Assembly: GCA_903813345.2 (NCBI GenBank)
Contig: CAIIXF020000001.1
Span: 36,766,001-36,830,000, forward strand
Length of the DNA: 64,000 nucleotides
Direction: 5' to 3'
Source of the DNA: Owenia fusiformis
Lineage: Eukaryota
Shown: piece after piece, positions 54,801-63,799 of the stretch
Numbering within the stretch: position 1 is the first letter of the stretch
How the letters are laid out: every line of letters starts with the position of its first letter
Translations under genes and position numbers: made by a program
Notes under the pieces: model-generated
The model's database searches: none
What the model was told of the DNA's origin: nothing
The model's input: only the letters and a program-made list of their open reading frames with translations

Positions 54801-56404
54801 CCCCTGTCTAGGAGAGATACAGCTAGCCCTGTATGACAGGAAAGGTCATTTGGAGGTCGAGGTCATCCGGGCACGGGGGTTGATCTCAAAACCTGGGGCA
54901 AAAATACTTCCAGGTACTGAACATAGATGGCTCATTCTAACTATGTCAGAAAATGTAGTAGGAGCGTACTCTATCCTAGCATAAGCACAGTATATTCTTA
55001 TATTAGTAAATAAGAACTTATGGATATTTAAAGATCTTAAAATATTCTTGAAATTGAGAAATCATTCACTTATGTATGTTTGTGGCCACAACCTCAATGC
55101 CAAAACCTCTTTATAATTTCAGCCCCTTATGTGAAGGTTTATCTGATGGAAGGTAAAACCTGTGTAGAGAAACAGAAAACCACCATAGTTAGGCGCACAT
55201 TGGACCCCTTATATCAACAACAACTTGTTTTTATGGAATCTTATGTAGGAAAAATATTACAGGTAAGTCTTGTTTATGAAATTTATTGAATATTGGTAGA
55301 TAATAGCCAATGATTGGTCTTGATATTGAATTGTATAAGTACAGTGCAGTAAAACTTATGGAAGTGGAACAACTTTTGGTACCTTAAGAAGTTTTCCACT
55401 TGGGAGGTGTTCCACTTACAGGTACAAATTAATTTTGCATCCTGAAAATAGGAATGAGTTCATCAATTATGAGTCTCAGTTTTTACATGTTCATTCAGCA
55501 TTGTGATATTTTACAAAATTGTTGCCATGAATCATGATGATTTCAGTGAGCCTTCCTGACTTGTCATTCACCTCTTAAACTCTCCCCCTAACAAGCTCCT
55601 TATCTTAAGTGGCATCTACAAGCCAAGTGGGCTAAGATTGTTTCTTCATATTACTATATTGAGATCATAAACACATTCTTAATGCATTCCCACCATCTAT
55701 AGTCTACACCATCGCTCATAGTTTTTGAAACAATATACAATAGTTGTATATATACAATTTTGATAATATACATATTTTAGTGATTGGTTATTATCTCAAA
55801 TGTGCCCTTTTGTTTTTTTGAAGACTGGTTTAAAATCATTCCTGTACAGTGCAAATGCTTTATGTTGAATTATTCTGTTTTGGACTCTTACTTTATTTTC
55901 ATGACCTGGAGTGACAGTTCTTAATTACAAATACCTCATTATACATACATTGCATAATTCATTTCTGGAAAGGCCATGCAATTGAATCACTGCAACATGG
56001 TGATAAATTCCTGATGTTATCTTTGCATAAGAATCAATCCAACTCATCTCAACCCCATGTCAACTCATCAGTATATTAACTCATCTGAAGTTTTAAGTTG
56101 ACCTCAGATTATCTCGGCTCCAAATTAGCTTCATAGATTTTTTATCAAGCTATTTTTTGTCTTGCAGGTGACTGTCTGGGGAGATTATGGACGTATGGAC
56201 CGTAAAGTGTTTATGGGAGTCTCTCAAATCTTACTTGAAGACCTAGATCTTTCTAACATTGTCTTTGGTTGGTACAAACTATTCTCATCATCCTCCCTAG
56301 TTGGCCATCATGGACAGAGTGGTGGCCAAGGTCAAGGTCATGTCAGGCGACCTTCAGATTCCTCACTAGAGGGCTCTTACAGTGGCTCATTCAACAAAAG
56401 CTAG
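3008..56404 (+). CDS. RIMS2: RIM / UNC-10 (regulating synaptic membrane exocytosis protein, RIMS1/2-like), multi-exon, 5' end outside window
   Basis: Phase-consistent GT-AG exon chain sums to 4743 or 4833 nt depending on the alternative exon, both multiples of 3, ending at TAG 56402-56404. RIM motifs seen: WACNLCRKKQELL, MLRNDSLSSD..VRPPPPKPH, SESVSEK, HPVTWQPS, PDZ, C2A, RQLPQIP, FIEGLGPAQLVGRQVL, C2B. The symbol denotes the family, not paralogue-specific orthology. Confidence 0.95.
3950..4596 (+). CDS. RIMS2: RIM exon: linker with MLRNDSLSSD...SESVSEK
   Basis: tttcAG acceptor, G|GTAGGT donor, phase 2 to 1; conserved RIM motifs. Confidence 0.93.
4946..5046 (+). CDS. RIMS2: RIM alternative exon A (DIYNQGRSPHADITCGQNWKKDEILAAKIKKFLA)
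   Basis: tctctAG acceptor, GCG|GTGGGT donor, open frame, phase 1 to 0; not in the ORF track. Confidence 0.75.
5801..5991 (+). CDS. RIMS2: RIM alternative exon B (...WSEPTVKDSGIDTGLSSSNQTLNDDWLK)
   Basis: ctttttAG acceptor, AAG|GTAACT donor, phase 1 to 0; resembles the vertebrate RIM2 WSEPQIKDSGVDT segment. Confidence 0.88.
6533..7199. mobile_element. Possible old CAC-ended non-autonomous DNA element
   Basis: Inverted ends atatCACTCC...GGAGTGatat; scattered internal gcagaatt-like motifs; the terminal match is short. Confidence 0.35.
7761..7878 (+). CDS. RIMS2: RIM exon: PDZ start (HPVTWQPSADGTKLIGHMILKK...)
   Basis: ttttcAG|CAC; G|GTAGGT; conserved HPVTWQPS. Confidence 0.95.
8383..8547. mobile_element. 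Tc1/pogo-type MITE
   Basis: TA|CAGCTAAACCTGTG ... CACAGGTTTTACTG|TA. Confidence 0.55.
9500..12560 (+). repeat. ~185-bp satellite-like array, about 15 copies (left arm)
   Basis: AATTGTACAATATCAGGTCTGAATT recurs about every 180-187 bp; interrupted at about 11800-12110. Confidence 0.9.
12561..12815 (+). repeat. 131-bp direct duplication beginning TTAAAGGCAGAATCAG (possible Kolobok-like end)
   Basis: Two near-identical copies at about 12561 and 12692. Confidence 0.75.
13195..14090 (-). repeat. Same ~185-bp unit inverted, about 5 copies (right arm)
   Basis: AAATTCAGACCTGATATTGTACAATT recurs near 13391, 13581, 13764, 13946. Confidence 0.9.
15604..15992. repeat. 30-bp minisatellite, about 13 copies
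   Basis: (GATGACTTGATGTTCAGATGACAGGATTGA)n. Confidence 0.95.
16105..18559. mobile_element. Non-autonomous DNA transposon with ~280-bp TIRs, CAC termini and TA TSD (EnSpm/CACTA-like or Tc1-like)
   Basis: TA|CACTCTGTTAAGCATG...CATGCTTAACAGAGTG|TA; arms 16105-~16382 and ~18281-18559. Confidence 0.88.
17421..17823. mobile_element. Nested TTAA-specific MITE (Kolobok-like GG ends), ~130-bp TIRs
   Basis: TTAA|GGTACAGCTGGAAAGTAAC...GTTACTTTCCAGCTGAACC|TTAA. Confidence 0.85.
18640..19566. repeat. 65-bp tandem repeat, about 14 copies, with one further partial unit resuming at ~20205
   Basis: (TTTTAGGTCAAATTAACATTTGATTTGATATCGGACTTGGACTGAGTTGTGTTGCAGTTATATAG)n. Confidence 0.95.
19567..20204 (+). mobile_element. 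Truncated TTAA-inserted element (Kolobok-like 5' end) interrupting the 65-bp array
   Basis: TTAA on both sides, starts AGCGGCTCTAAG, CpG-richer than its flanks; no matching right TIR seen. Confidence 0.55.
22226..22333 (+). CDS. RIMS2: RIM exon: PDZ core (GLKVIGGK...GAFITKVKKGSIADSVGHLRPG)
   Basis: ttatAG acceptor, CAG|GTATGT donor; close to the RIM PDZ sequence. Confidence 0.95.
22452..22625 (+). repeat. Dispersed repeat family copy (others at ~33952-34087 + and ~35590-35757 -)
   Basis: Shared GTAGAAATAATCTT...AGTCAAA...AAATGTGGTT...TTTGAAA blocks. Confidence 0.7.
22708..22831 (+). CDS. RIMS2: RIM exon: PDZ end (DEVLEWNG...PQVELIVQR)
   Basis: tttacAG acceptor, GG|GTATGT donor. Confidence 0.95.
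23080..23126 (+). CDS. RIMS2: RIM 47-nt exon (KDLQPGMTDHPDNNR)
   Basis: ttttcAG / GTGGGT; its phase 2 to 1 is needed to join the flanking exons in frame. Confidence 0.8.
24994..25255 (+). CDS. RIMS2: RIM exon: RPSVTVTSP plus C2A start
   Basis: ttttctAG / GTAAAG; GKLQVKL...KLYLLPDR. Confidence 0.93.
25827..25992 (+). CDS. RIMS2: RIM exon: C2A middle (SEKSRRKTK...LEITVWNYDR...LGE)
   Basis: ttacAG / GTAAGT. Confidence 0.95.
26014..26223. mobile_element. Degenerate MITE (CAGGGGCATAG...GGTTATGCCAATG)
   Basis: Imperfect TIRs, inverted GGGGGTGCG/CGCACCCCC, ATTTG on both flanks. Confidence 0.5.
28017..28300. repeat. 73-74-bp tandem repeat, about 3.8 copies
   Basis: GACTAGG at 28024, 28098, 28171, 28244. 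Confidence 0.9.
30708..31090 (+). mobile_element. Helentron/HINE (DINE-1-like) copy 1, internally deleted
   Basis: Sub-terminal IR ATCCCATTGAAC / GTTCGATGGGAT, 3' hairpin, two core repeats. Confidence 0.75.
31351..32524 (+). mobile_element. Helentron/HINE copy 2, full length, three core repeats
   Basis: 5' TTATCCCATTGAAC, (GTCY)n microsatellite, ~120-155-bp core repeats, 3' subTIR plus ACGCTTTGGCGT hairpin, ends TTGTCTAGTT. Confidence 0.82.
31629..31994. mobile_element. MITE nested in HINE copy 2 (8-9-bp TSD; hAT/P/MULE-like)
   Basis: TSD (G)CTAGAAAT; imperfect TIRs AGAGGAGGGAAAG..AAAGATGACA / TGTCATCTTT..TTTCTCCCCTCT; copy 3 shows the empty site. Confidence 0.75.
38335..38433 (+). CDS. RIMS2: RIM exon: C2A end (VVIDLSTADVNDQAYWYQL)
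   Basis: ttgcAG / GTAGGA; typical C2 WY.L terminus. Confidence 0.92.
39018..39610 (+). mobile_element. Helentron/HINE copy 3
   Basis: Same termini, GTCC microsatellite, one complete core repeat. Confidence 0.8.
40206..40654. mobile_element. hAT-type MITE
   Basis: TIR TAGTGTTGTCGCGAT / ATCGCGACAACACTA; perfect 8-bp TSD GTATATAT; subterminal ATCGATG repeats. Confidence 0.9.
40689..40815 (+). CDS. RIMS2: RIM exon (..RLSDSDMSEFEEGVGVVS)
   Basis: gttAG / GTAATA; resembles vertebrate SDSDISD..DDGIGVV. Confidence 0.88.
41323..41469 (+). CDS. RIMS2: RIM linker exon (DGASVSSIGSSPPPP)
   Basis: atacAG / GTATGA, phase 1-1. Confidence 0.85.
41835..42009 (+). CDS. RIMS2: RIM linker exon (RSRSPGRHR...RSLSPP)
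   Basis: tttcAG / GTGAGA, phase 1 to 2, open frame. Confidence 0.85.
42140..42237 (+). CDS. RIMS2: RIM exon with RQLPQIP RIM-BP SH3-binding motif
   Basis: gttAG / GTGAGA; KKRQLPQIP. Confidence 0.92.
42521..42701 (+). CDS. RIMS2: RIM exon (VTQDLEDRARKMKLRM)
   Basis: tttacAG / GTACAA, phase 1 to 2. Confidence 0.88.
43969..44258 (+). CDS. RIMS2: RIM exon with 9-aa RD[RP]LD..GS repeats
   Basis: ttattcAG / GTTCAT (weak donor); phase 2 to 1 fits its neighbours. Confidence 0.8.
44412..44553 (+). CDS. RIMS2: RIM exon (SDASEASDMSEVSKIST..QSERPR)
   Basis: tttAG / GTAATA; resembles vertebrate SDVSDVS..QSERP. Confidence 0.92.
47305..47540 (+). CDS. RIMS2: RIM exon (EKNDGSMSDSAV...RRPSLGYKVAALVGLSRKSSSTSQL)
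   Basis: tccAG / GTATGA; conserved RIM C-terminal region. Confidence 0.93.
47881..48015 (+). CDS. RIMS2: RIM candidate cassette exon (ERKGSKKWLKFRQRFHTVSVV...SLTSL)
   Basis: tttcatttAG / G|GTACAT, 135 nt, phase 1-1, open frame. Confidence 0.65.
48230..49265. repeat. 48-bp minisatellite, about 21 copies, with higher-order structure
   Basis: (AATTAAGTCATAGACACATCAACACTGGTAACATTCCCTTCCTGTAAT)n. Confidence 0.95.
49740..50032. mobile_element. piggyBac-like MITE
   Basis: TTAA|CCTCTTGAATACCCAG ... CTGGGATTCAAGAGG|TTAA; internal palindrome GTGACGGATATATCCGTCAC. Confidence 0.85.
50859..51258 (+). mobile_element. Highly degenerate HINE-like copy
   Basis: Decayed 5' end (TTACCTCATTGAATGAAGTTGG), GTCC-like tract, decayed 3' end (TTCAATGAGATTAGCTACACCTTGGCATT). 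Confidence 0.5.
52267..52414 (+). CDS. RIMS2: RIM exon (STFQRSEEVG..RQTSKDSTDGS)
   Basis: ttgtAG / GTAAGT. Confidence 0.93.
54696..54913 (+). CDS. RIMS2: RIM exon: C2B start (FIEGLGPAQLVGRQVL...LEVEVIRARGL)
   Basis: ttttcAG / GTACTG. Confidence 0.96.
55123..55262 (+). CDS. RIMS2: RIM exon: C2B middle (APYVKVYL...RTLDPLYQQQL)
   Basis: tttcAG / GTAAGT. Confidence 0.96.
56168..56404 (+). CDS. RIMS2: RIM last coding exon: C2B end (VWGDYGRMDRKVFMG...GWYKLF) plus RRPS PKA-type site
   Basis: ttgcAG acceptor; TAG stop at 56402-56404. Confidence 0.96.
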   Translation: MTVWGDYGRMDRKVFMGVSQILLEDLDLSNIVFGWYKLFSSSSLVGHHGQSGGQGQGHVRRPSDSSLEGSYSGSFNKS

Positions 56405-56759
56405 TGCTCCCTGGATATAGGGAAATTCTTGAGTAGGTAGTTTTCAATATGCACTCAGTGGCAGTTGCCAGAGTGGATATGCTTTTCTGTTGGCTGGTTA
56501 GATGTACTCAGTGGGCACATATGCAGCCTGTTATTCAACATGAGGAAATGTCACATCATTTTCTGGATTTCCACTCAGAAATATCAAAGTGAGTTGATAA
56601 AGATGAGAAAGTTTAAAACCAAGTTGAAACTTTGTGTTACTACTTACTATAAAGGTCTCAACTTTATAGTTGTATATTAAGTACATGTATATTGATCATT
56701 TGGCAGTAATGTAAATATATACACCACTTAAATACTCATGAAAGATCCTTGGAGGACAT

Positions 56760-56975
56760 ACCATTATGTGAGGATATCATATAGGAGGACTTTCAATAAT
56801 GTGAGGATACCACCATATTAGAGGAGGCTATCGCTGTATAAGAAATGTGAGGATACCATATTGACTGACGTAACATTATGTGAGGATACAATACTGATGG
56901 ATATAATGTTATGTGAGGATATCATACTGGTGGATATAACATTATGTGAGGATATCATACTGGTGGATATAAAAT
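56760..56975 (+). repeat. Degenerate ~33-bp repeats in the presumed RIM 3' UTR
   Basis: TGTGAGGATA.CATA recurs six to seven times. Confidence 0.7.
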
Positions 56976-59900
56976 TATGTGTGCATACTTTAATGGATAG
57001 AGAGAGGAGAGATGGACCTATATGTGAACTCTGCATGTTTTACTTACATTTTACTATAGTATATTAAACAGATACCATCTGTTGAACTTAATTGTAAATT
57101 CTTAAATCCATTTTGTTATATTATTATATGTTCAATGAACATTTCTTTATAATATGGGTGATCATGCTTATATGTAGCAATTTGACTTCCATATTAGGAA
57201 ATGTTGGACAACATGACAAAAGTTATTCAAAATCTGACCATATTAGGTAAGAGAATATAATGTACATAAGAAGCTGTGACACTAGTCAAAATATGCATTC
57301 AAGTTAAATCTGGAAAGTAATGTATCATCTGATTACTGTATGTAATAATGTAATATAAAATCTGTAAATTAATGTACTTTTATTGTTTTGATAAACACAG
57401 ACTTGTATTCTAGCAAAAGTTTACAGGGCCGTGATTTTCATAACTCTGAATTTTTCTTAAATCTTCTATCTTATTGGTATTGGTTATGAACATAGTAAAA
57501 TTAGTCTAGTTATTTAAAAATAGATGGAGATAGAGTTCTGTGTACTGTATTCTTGTCACTGTTACTACAGCGACCATTTGTAAATATTTCATATATATCT
57601 TTTTGTATGGCAGAATGCCTTTGAAGTAATATAAACCTAATTGTATTAAAGTTCTATTTAGTCAAGATTTTATAAGAATTGTAGGGCTTCTTCAAAGTTA
57701 AGTGTTATATATTAATGTATTATAAAATATTTGTTGCTTGTCCTAAATTTATTATAAGTGTATAGATATAAAAATATGCTGAGATGTTACTAATATATTA
57801 TGCTATTAAGTTATGTTTTAAGAGCTTTTTATTGTTAACTGATATCACATTAAACAAATTCTGTTCATTTTTATTATTGCATATTTGCAGTTCAATTTAA
57901 TAAATTATTCATTTATGGAATTGTGTGGAGAAATACATTTTATCATTCTCAGTGTAATTCTCATCCTCTAATGGAAGGACTTGCATAAGATTATTCATCC
58001 TTGTTGACTTGGAAAAACTTCATTTTGAGTTGATACTGTTAAAAAAATAGTGCATTACTTATGGGACGACCCTCGTACATAATTGTCATTGAGATTTATA
58101 AGCACACCTCCATATATCCACCATGACAAGCATTGAAATGCACTACTTAAATATTAAACCTGAGAAAAGGAACAGCCCAAACTGAAAACTACTCAACTTA
58201 ACTTAAATATTAAACCTGAGAAAAAAGCAGCCAAAACTGAAGAGTTCCTTAAAGTTTGATGAACCTCTCATGGTTGTAAGCGATGGCGATAATGATGAAG
58301 AGGTTATTTTCAAGTAAATCAAGAATGAATATTCTTGTCTTGTGTCTTGTCAAGGTTAGAAATTGTTCTAATCTTATCCTGTTTTTGAGTAAAAAAACTG
58401 AGAAATGATATGATGTTATCTTGCACATGTGAATGCTGGTTGTATCTGTATTTTAGTCATATGATTGTATTTTGATTTACCATGTGTTTGGGGTATGACT
58501 TTTTTGAATTGACTTTCTTAGTGCACTCAATTGCATAATGTAAAGGAATTATAGAAGGCATTATGTACGAGACTAAAAGGTATGCTATATGAGATTGTAA
58601 CAAGAATTTGTCGTTATTGACATTTTGTTGCGACATATACAATATTTACCAATTTACGCAAACTCCTTTTCACTCATATACATGTATTTTAAATAGAAAT
58701 TATTGCTTTTTAGTGATGCTTCATTCCTTGATTTCAATTTCAAAACTGCATACTATTTTGAAATTACAGTTTATAACAAATCTGGTTAGTTATGGACAAA
58801 ATGTTACTTAGAGAAGGAAAGGGAGAAATGTACCGTAAGTGAGGAATATTACTTATAATTAGTGAAGCATGATAACAGAATGGGCTATTAAGTTAGGAAG
58901 ATTAGAAAGAATAATCTGGCAAATTAACTTGGACCTTTTACACATGTTTCATGTTCATGAAGTGATTGTACTGGGTCCAACTTAAAGTGTGTGATAAATT
59001 ATGAATACTGCGCATGAATCACAATTGGGAATAGACCATGAATAGAAAAGTATCCTTTGTGTGTTAGTATTTGATTTTGATGTGGCAGATTTAAAATGTT
59101 AATTGACTGTTTATGGCCATTATGACCATTTTCAATAATTATTGTGTGCGCTAAACAACAACTTGATGGTATTCATGGTCATATTTATCTCACACTTTGA
59201 AGAAAAAATTGAACTTTCAATTTTCAGCTCGCCAAGAGAACATTTTTTTACACTTATGTACCATTTATGTTCCTTTCTGTACAGTAGCGCATTTTACTGT
59301 TTTATAATTCTGTTCTCCATTCATTAATTAAAAACTCGACAAATGGTAAGAGTAACATGGCAAATGAAGAATCATGAAAAATGTAATACATGTGTGTTCT
59401 ATGTATATGTTTTACAGGTCTTTGTTTTTGTGGTGATCTTACCTTGAAGTAAGCTCTATGTGAACATGTTTAAGAATTATTTTGCACTGCAGTATGTATG
59501 TACATGTAGGTCTGTTGTCACATGATGAGGGCAAGCAGAATTGATCAGAAATAAACTTTCATTTTTAAGCATATTGTAGATATGAAAGAAAATAACTATT
59601 AAACCGTATTCCCTCAATCTTCAATTAAAACAAGTAATGCTATATGAAGATTTGTTTTTTCTAGCCTTAGTTTCACTAATGAACAAGTTAACTTTATTAT
59701 TTATTTTTCTGTATTGGTCTGTTACGTCCTGTCATGTGACATCTCTGCTACATCCATAGTAGACGATTATATGTTAAATGGTATACATATGATTTAATGT
59801 TATTAATCATTTTGTGGGAAAGTGTAGGTTGAATAGCTAAGTATTGTGAATAATGGGGGAATAATTCTATGCAAGTACAAGAATGGTTAGGTTTGTGTAT

Positions 59901-61241
59901 AATTGGTCTGTTAAATCCAGGTTGAGTTTACTTCTGGATAATATCAAAAAGCCAGAATGAGGCCAAATGATCAAACGTCAATGAATAAAGAGATCGTCTT
60001 TTGAATGATCATCAACCTTTGTGTAAAAGCATACAGTACCTATTTATTCAGGAGTAGTCAAGAATGTTCAGATATGTTAAATGTTTCATTAGCAAAAATA
60101 TTAGTATCAGTCAAATGAACATTCCAACACTGGTAGAGAAAAGATAAAAAAAACATGTTCAGGAAAAATAAGATTTCTGAGAAAAAATTAGATGGGGAAA
60201 AATATTTGAGTATTTTTTGTTGATGTGAAGTTTAGCCTGTGAATGTGAACACCTTTTAAATAATATGAAAACCTATATTATAAACACATTAACCATCTGA
60301 AAACCTGTTTTACTTTACATGAATAGTCCCAGACTGCTATATATATGAATTTTGATTCAGAGAACATATGTTACACTGACTGTGTCCATCATTTATTAAA
60401 TCATGTTATTTTTTAAAATATGATTAAGACTCCAATGTTTCCTATTAAATTGATTTACTAAAGACTAAAATAGGCAGTTCAAAAGGTGTTCACATCTGAA
60501 GATTTCACTGTATGCTTAGTTTGGGAATGGGAAGGTTATGTAATGGCTGTAAGGCCCATTGTGTTTTGTTTGACTTCTGTTGCAATGGAGTTACATAATG
60601 TTACATGTTGCTAGTTTTTCCAAGAAAACTTCTATTGTTGTCAATGTTCCTAACTACACTCAAATAAATCATTGATTTGAATTAAGTATATATGTTTTGT
60701 TTATTCATCTATACCAGTATGACTGTGTTATAAGCATCAGAAAGACAAGCCACAATTTGTACTTTTGTACATAAAAAGGTTGTTTTTGAGGGAGTATGTG
60801 CAGAAGGATAAGATGCCATTGGATACTTCACAGTCAAAGTGCTTACAAATCTCTTTAATTGGTGATTGATTTATCCAATGAAATGAAGATTTTTGTCCCA
60901 ATGTGACTGCTTTGGGCCACAATATGTCCTCAAATTAGCACTATTATACCTCAGTGAAAGAGATAACAGGTTGAAAATCGCTCATGAAGCTTCACAAGCT
61001 CATGAAAAGTCTTCAAAATCAACATAAAATTGACACCACTGTATATTTTGAAAATGGTGATATTTTAAAGACAAAAAGCTTATTTGACCAAAATTATGCA
61101 ATTGTAGGAGCCATGATCGCTGGTATAAGTTATCAGTATGGACACCCATGAAGTGGATATGACCAGAAGTTAACCAGTTACCAGTCTGTTTATGGCAGCT
61201 ATCATCCATGCATACTAAGTCCTACACATTTTAGCTGATTT

Positions 61242-61404
61242 CTAATTCCTTAATGTCTCATATATGGTATTATCCTGTATATCCAGTCTACGTGCCCCAT
61301 ATGCTGGATTTGGGATGTCAACCTTGTGAATGTTTGCATTGAGACTGTCCACATCAGAACTGGTGGACTTGTCAGGAACAGCTTCAGATTTACTTCTTGT
61401 TATC
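61242..61404 (-). CDS. Cytoplasmic-tail last exon (...IPNPAYG...NTIYETLRN*)
   Basis: gtttcAG acceptor; in phase with the TM exon; TAG stop. Confidence 0.8.
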
Positions 61405-62045
61405 CTGAAACATCAGAATAGATTTCTAAATCAAGAGTACTATAATGTGTCATGATTCTTTTTAGGACATTTTGACATTAACTAGGTTTAAAGGTGATGG
61501 TTAAATAGGACACATAATTAATAAATGAAATAGAATCTTCAGTTGTTCCAGTTTTCCAAAATTAATGAGATACTGTATTCAGCTACAGTATAACAGGAGA
61601 CAAATTGTAAAATTTTCACATTCACTCACTTCTATTGGTTCAACCAATCACAATGGAAACAAGTGACTGCAATTAGAGAAATAAGAGTTTTGAATTGGGA
61701 ATTCCTTTTTGTGCCATTATTTCTGTCAGTCAGGATTGTTTTCAATATGAAAACTTTTCATTCATGTTACAAATTATTTATCTGATCTATGTATACCTTC
61801 TTTTATAGAATAATTATAATGAATTGACTTGCTTATTCGCTAAATATTGGCAGATTTCTGAACTTGCATTTCAATGTTTGTCATGACAACAAGTCATAGT
61901 CAGGCAGATACTGTGACTACTCTAATCTAAAAGTCATTGATGCTTTCTAAATTCACCACTTTGCAAGCAATGAACGCCATCTACATAAGGAAAGTATTCC
62001 ATCCCAAAGTTGAGGATTTCAATTTTTGTGTCACCCTGTATTTAC

Positions 62046-62130
62046 CTGTGCATAACTGCAATAACAGTCAGAGTTATCAGAATTCCAAGAAGCAATGCAA
62101 CAACTCCAGTTACTATGGTAATTATATACC
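62046..62130 (-). CDS. Transmembrane exon (WYIITIVTGVVALLLGILITLTVIAVMHR)
   Basis: cttttcAG / GTAAAT; single hydrophobic helix; phase 1 to 2. Confidence 0.85.
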
Positions 62131-62283
62131 CTGAAAAGCATAAACATGTACATGTATCTGATTGATTGGTTGTTCAAATATTACATAAAACATAGTAAAT
62201 GAACAATATTTTCTGTCAGTAGCATTTTTTGGCAACATTACACTCTTCCCTATTACACAATGTAAGGTTGATTTTACACTTAC

Positions 62284-63229
62284 ATGTAAATTGTTCTTGA
62301 GGATTAGATGTGTTTTGTGTGGTTCTATAGTTAACCATGGTTGTATCTTCAGCCACAGTATCCACGGTATCAGGAGCATATGTGGTTGTTTCACTTATGG
62401 CAGTGGTTGGTCCTGTAGTTTGGTCTGTTGTTTTCCTAGCTGTAGTTGGTATTTCGAATGTTGTCCTCTCTGAATATTCTATTCCATTAGTAGCAGTTGT
62501 TTCAGGAGCACATGTGGTTGTTTCATGTATGGCAGTGGTTGGTTCTGTAGTTTGGTCTGTTGTTTTCCTAGCTGTAGTTGGTATTTCGAATGTTGTCCTC
62601 TCTGAATATTCTATTCCATTAGTAGCAGTTGTTTCAGGAGCACATGTGGTTGTTTCATGTATGGCAGTGGTTGGTCCTGTAGTTTGGTCTGTTGTTTTCC
62701 TAGCTGTAGTTGGTATTTCGAATGTTGTCCTCTCTGAATATTCCATTCCATTAGTAGCAGTTGTTTCAGGAGCATATGTGGTTGTTTTATGTATGGCAGT
62801 GGTTGGTCCTGTAGTTTGGTCTGTTGTTTTCCTAGCTGTAGTTGGTATTTCGAATGTTGTCCTCTCTGAATATTCTATTCCATTAGTAGCAGTTGTTTCA
62901 GGAGCACATGTGGTTGTTTCATGTATGGCAGTGGTTGGTTCTGTAGTTTGGTCTGTTGTTTTCCTAGCTGTAGTTGGTATTTCGAATGTTGTCCTCTCTG
63001 AATATTCTATTCCATTAGTAGCAGTTGTTTCAGGAGCACATGTGGTTGTTTCATGTATGGCAGTGGTTGGTCCTGTAGTTTGGTCTGTTGTTTTCCTAGC
63101 TGTAGTTGGTATTTCGAATGTTGTCCTCTGAATATTCTATTCCATTAGTAGCAGTTGTTTCAGGAGCACATGTGGTTGTTTCATGTATGGCAGTGGTTGG
63201 TTCTGTAGTTTGGTCGGTTGTAGTCCCCT
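62284..63229 (-). CDS. Thr-rich mucin repeat exon (132-bp/44-aa units, about 6.4 copies), frameshifted by a 2-bp deletion
   Basis: ttttcctacAG acceptor, T|GTAAGT donor; 946 nt, which would be 948 and phase 1-1 without the deletion near 63127. Confidence 0.8.
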
Positions 63230-63542
63230 CTGTAGGAAAATATCCCATTCAGTATTTTGTTTTAGATATACGTACTGTACCAAGGGCAACTGTTATGCTA
63301 AATTAAACATCATCTTGATAATAATGTAAATTGAGTATCTCCCTGGCTTAATATTCAATAATTTGATATAATATTTGTTTATATTTCATTAATATTTAAA
63401 TCTATTACCCATGGCAATTAAAGATGACACACATCCTAGTAGTCACCAGCAATTTAGAATAAGAATCACCAAAATCTCATTTATAACTTATTATATTAAC
63501 TTACTATTTCTAATGATAATACATGTATTTGTAATAGATTAC

Positions 63543-63799
63543 CTGATTCTGTTGTGGTTGTAGCTATAGATGAAATCATATCTGTGTAATTGCTGGGTTG
63601 AAAACACCATGGTACACCATATACTTTTGTATCAAAGCAGCAGTAACTGTTCAAACATTCTTCTTCTGCTATTCCTGGGGGACCACAATTCAAACGATTT
63701 GTACCATCGACCAGACAGATAGAAAGATTGGTAAATATACCTTGTGCTTCAGTTCTAGCATCATAGTTTGGTTGGTTAGTTGTATTTTCTGTATGAATC
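63543..63799 (-). CDS. Trefoil (P-type) domain exon of a membrane mucin-like gene (5' end outside window)
   Basis: CLVDGTNRLNCGPPGIAEEECLNSYCCFDTKVYGVPWCFQP has the 6-Cys trefoil pattern; ttccAG acceptor (less certain), GTAATC donor. Confidence 0.85.

Noticed and set aside
62131..62283. Apparent Cys-rich extension and stop (CKCKINLTLCNREEC..CY*), or a second frameshift
   Set aside because: A perfect GTAAGT donor at 62283 splices in phase to the TM exon, so this stretch is intron
62337..63131. 264-aa hydrophobic Val-rich ORF on the + strand
   Set aside because: Antisense shadow of Thr (ACN) codons in the mucin repeat; splice sites and neighbouring exons support the - strand
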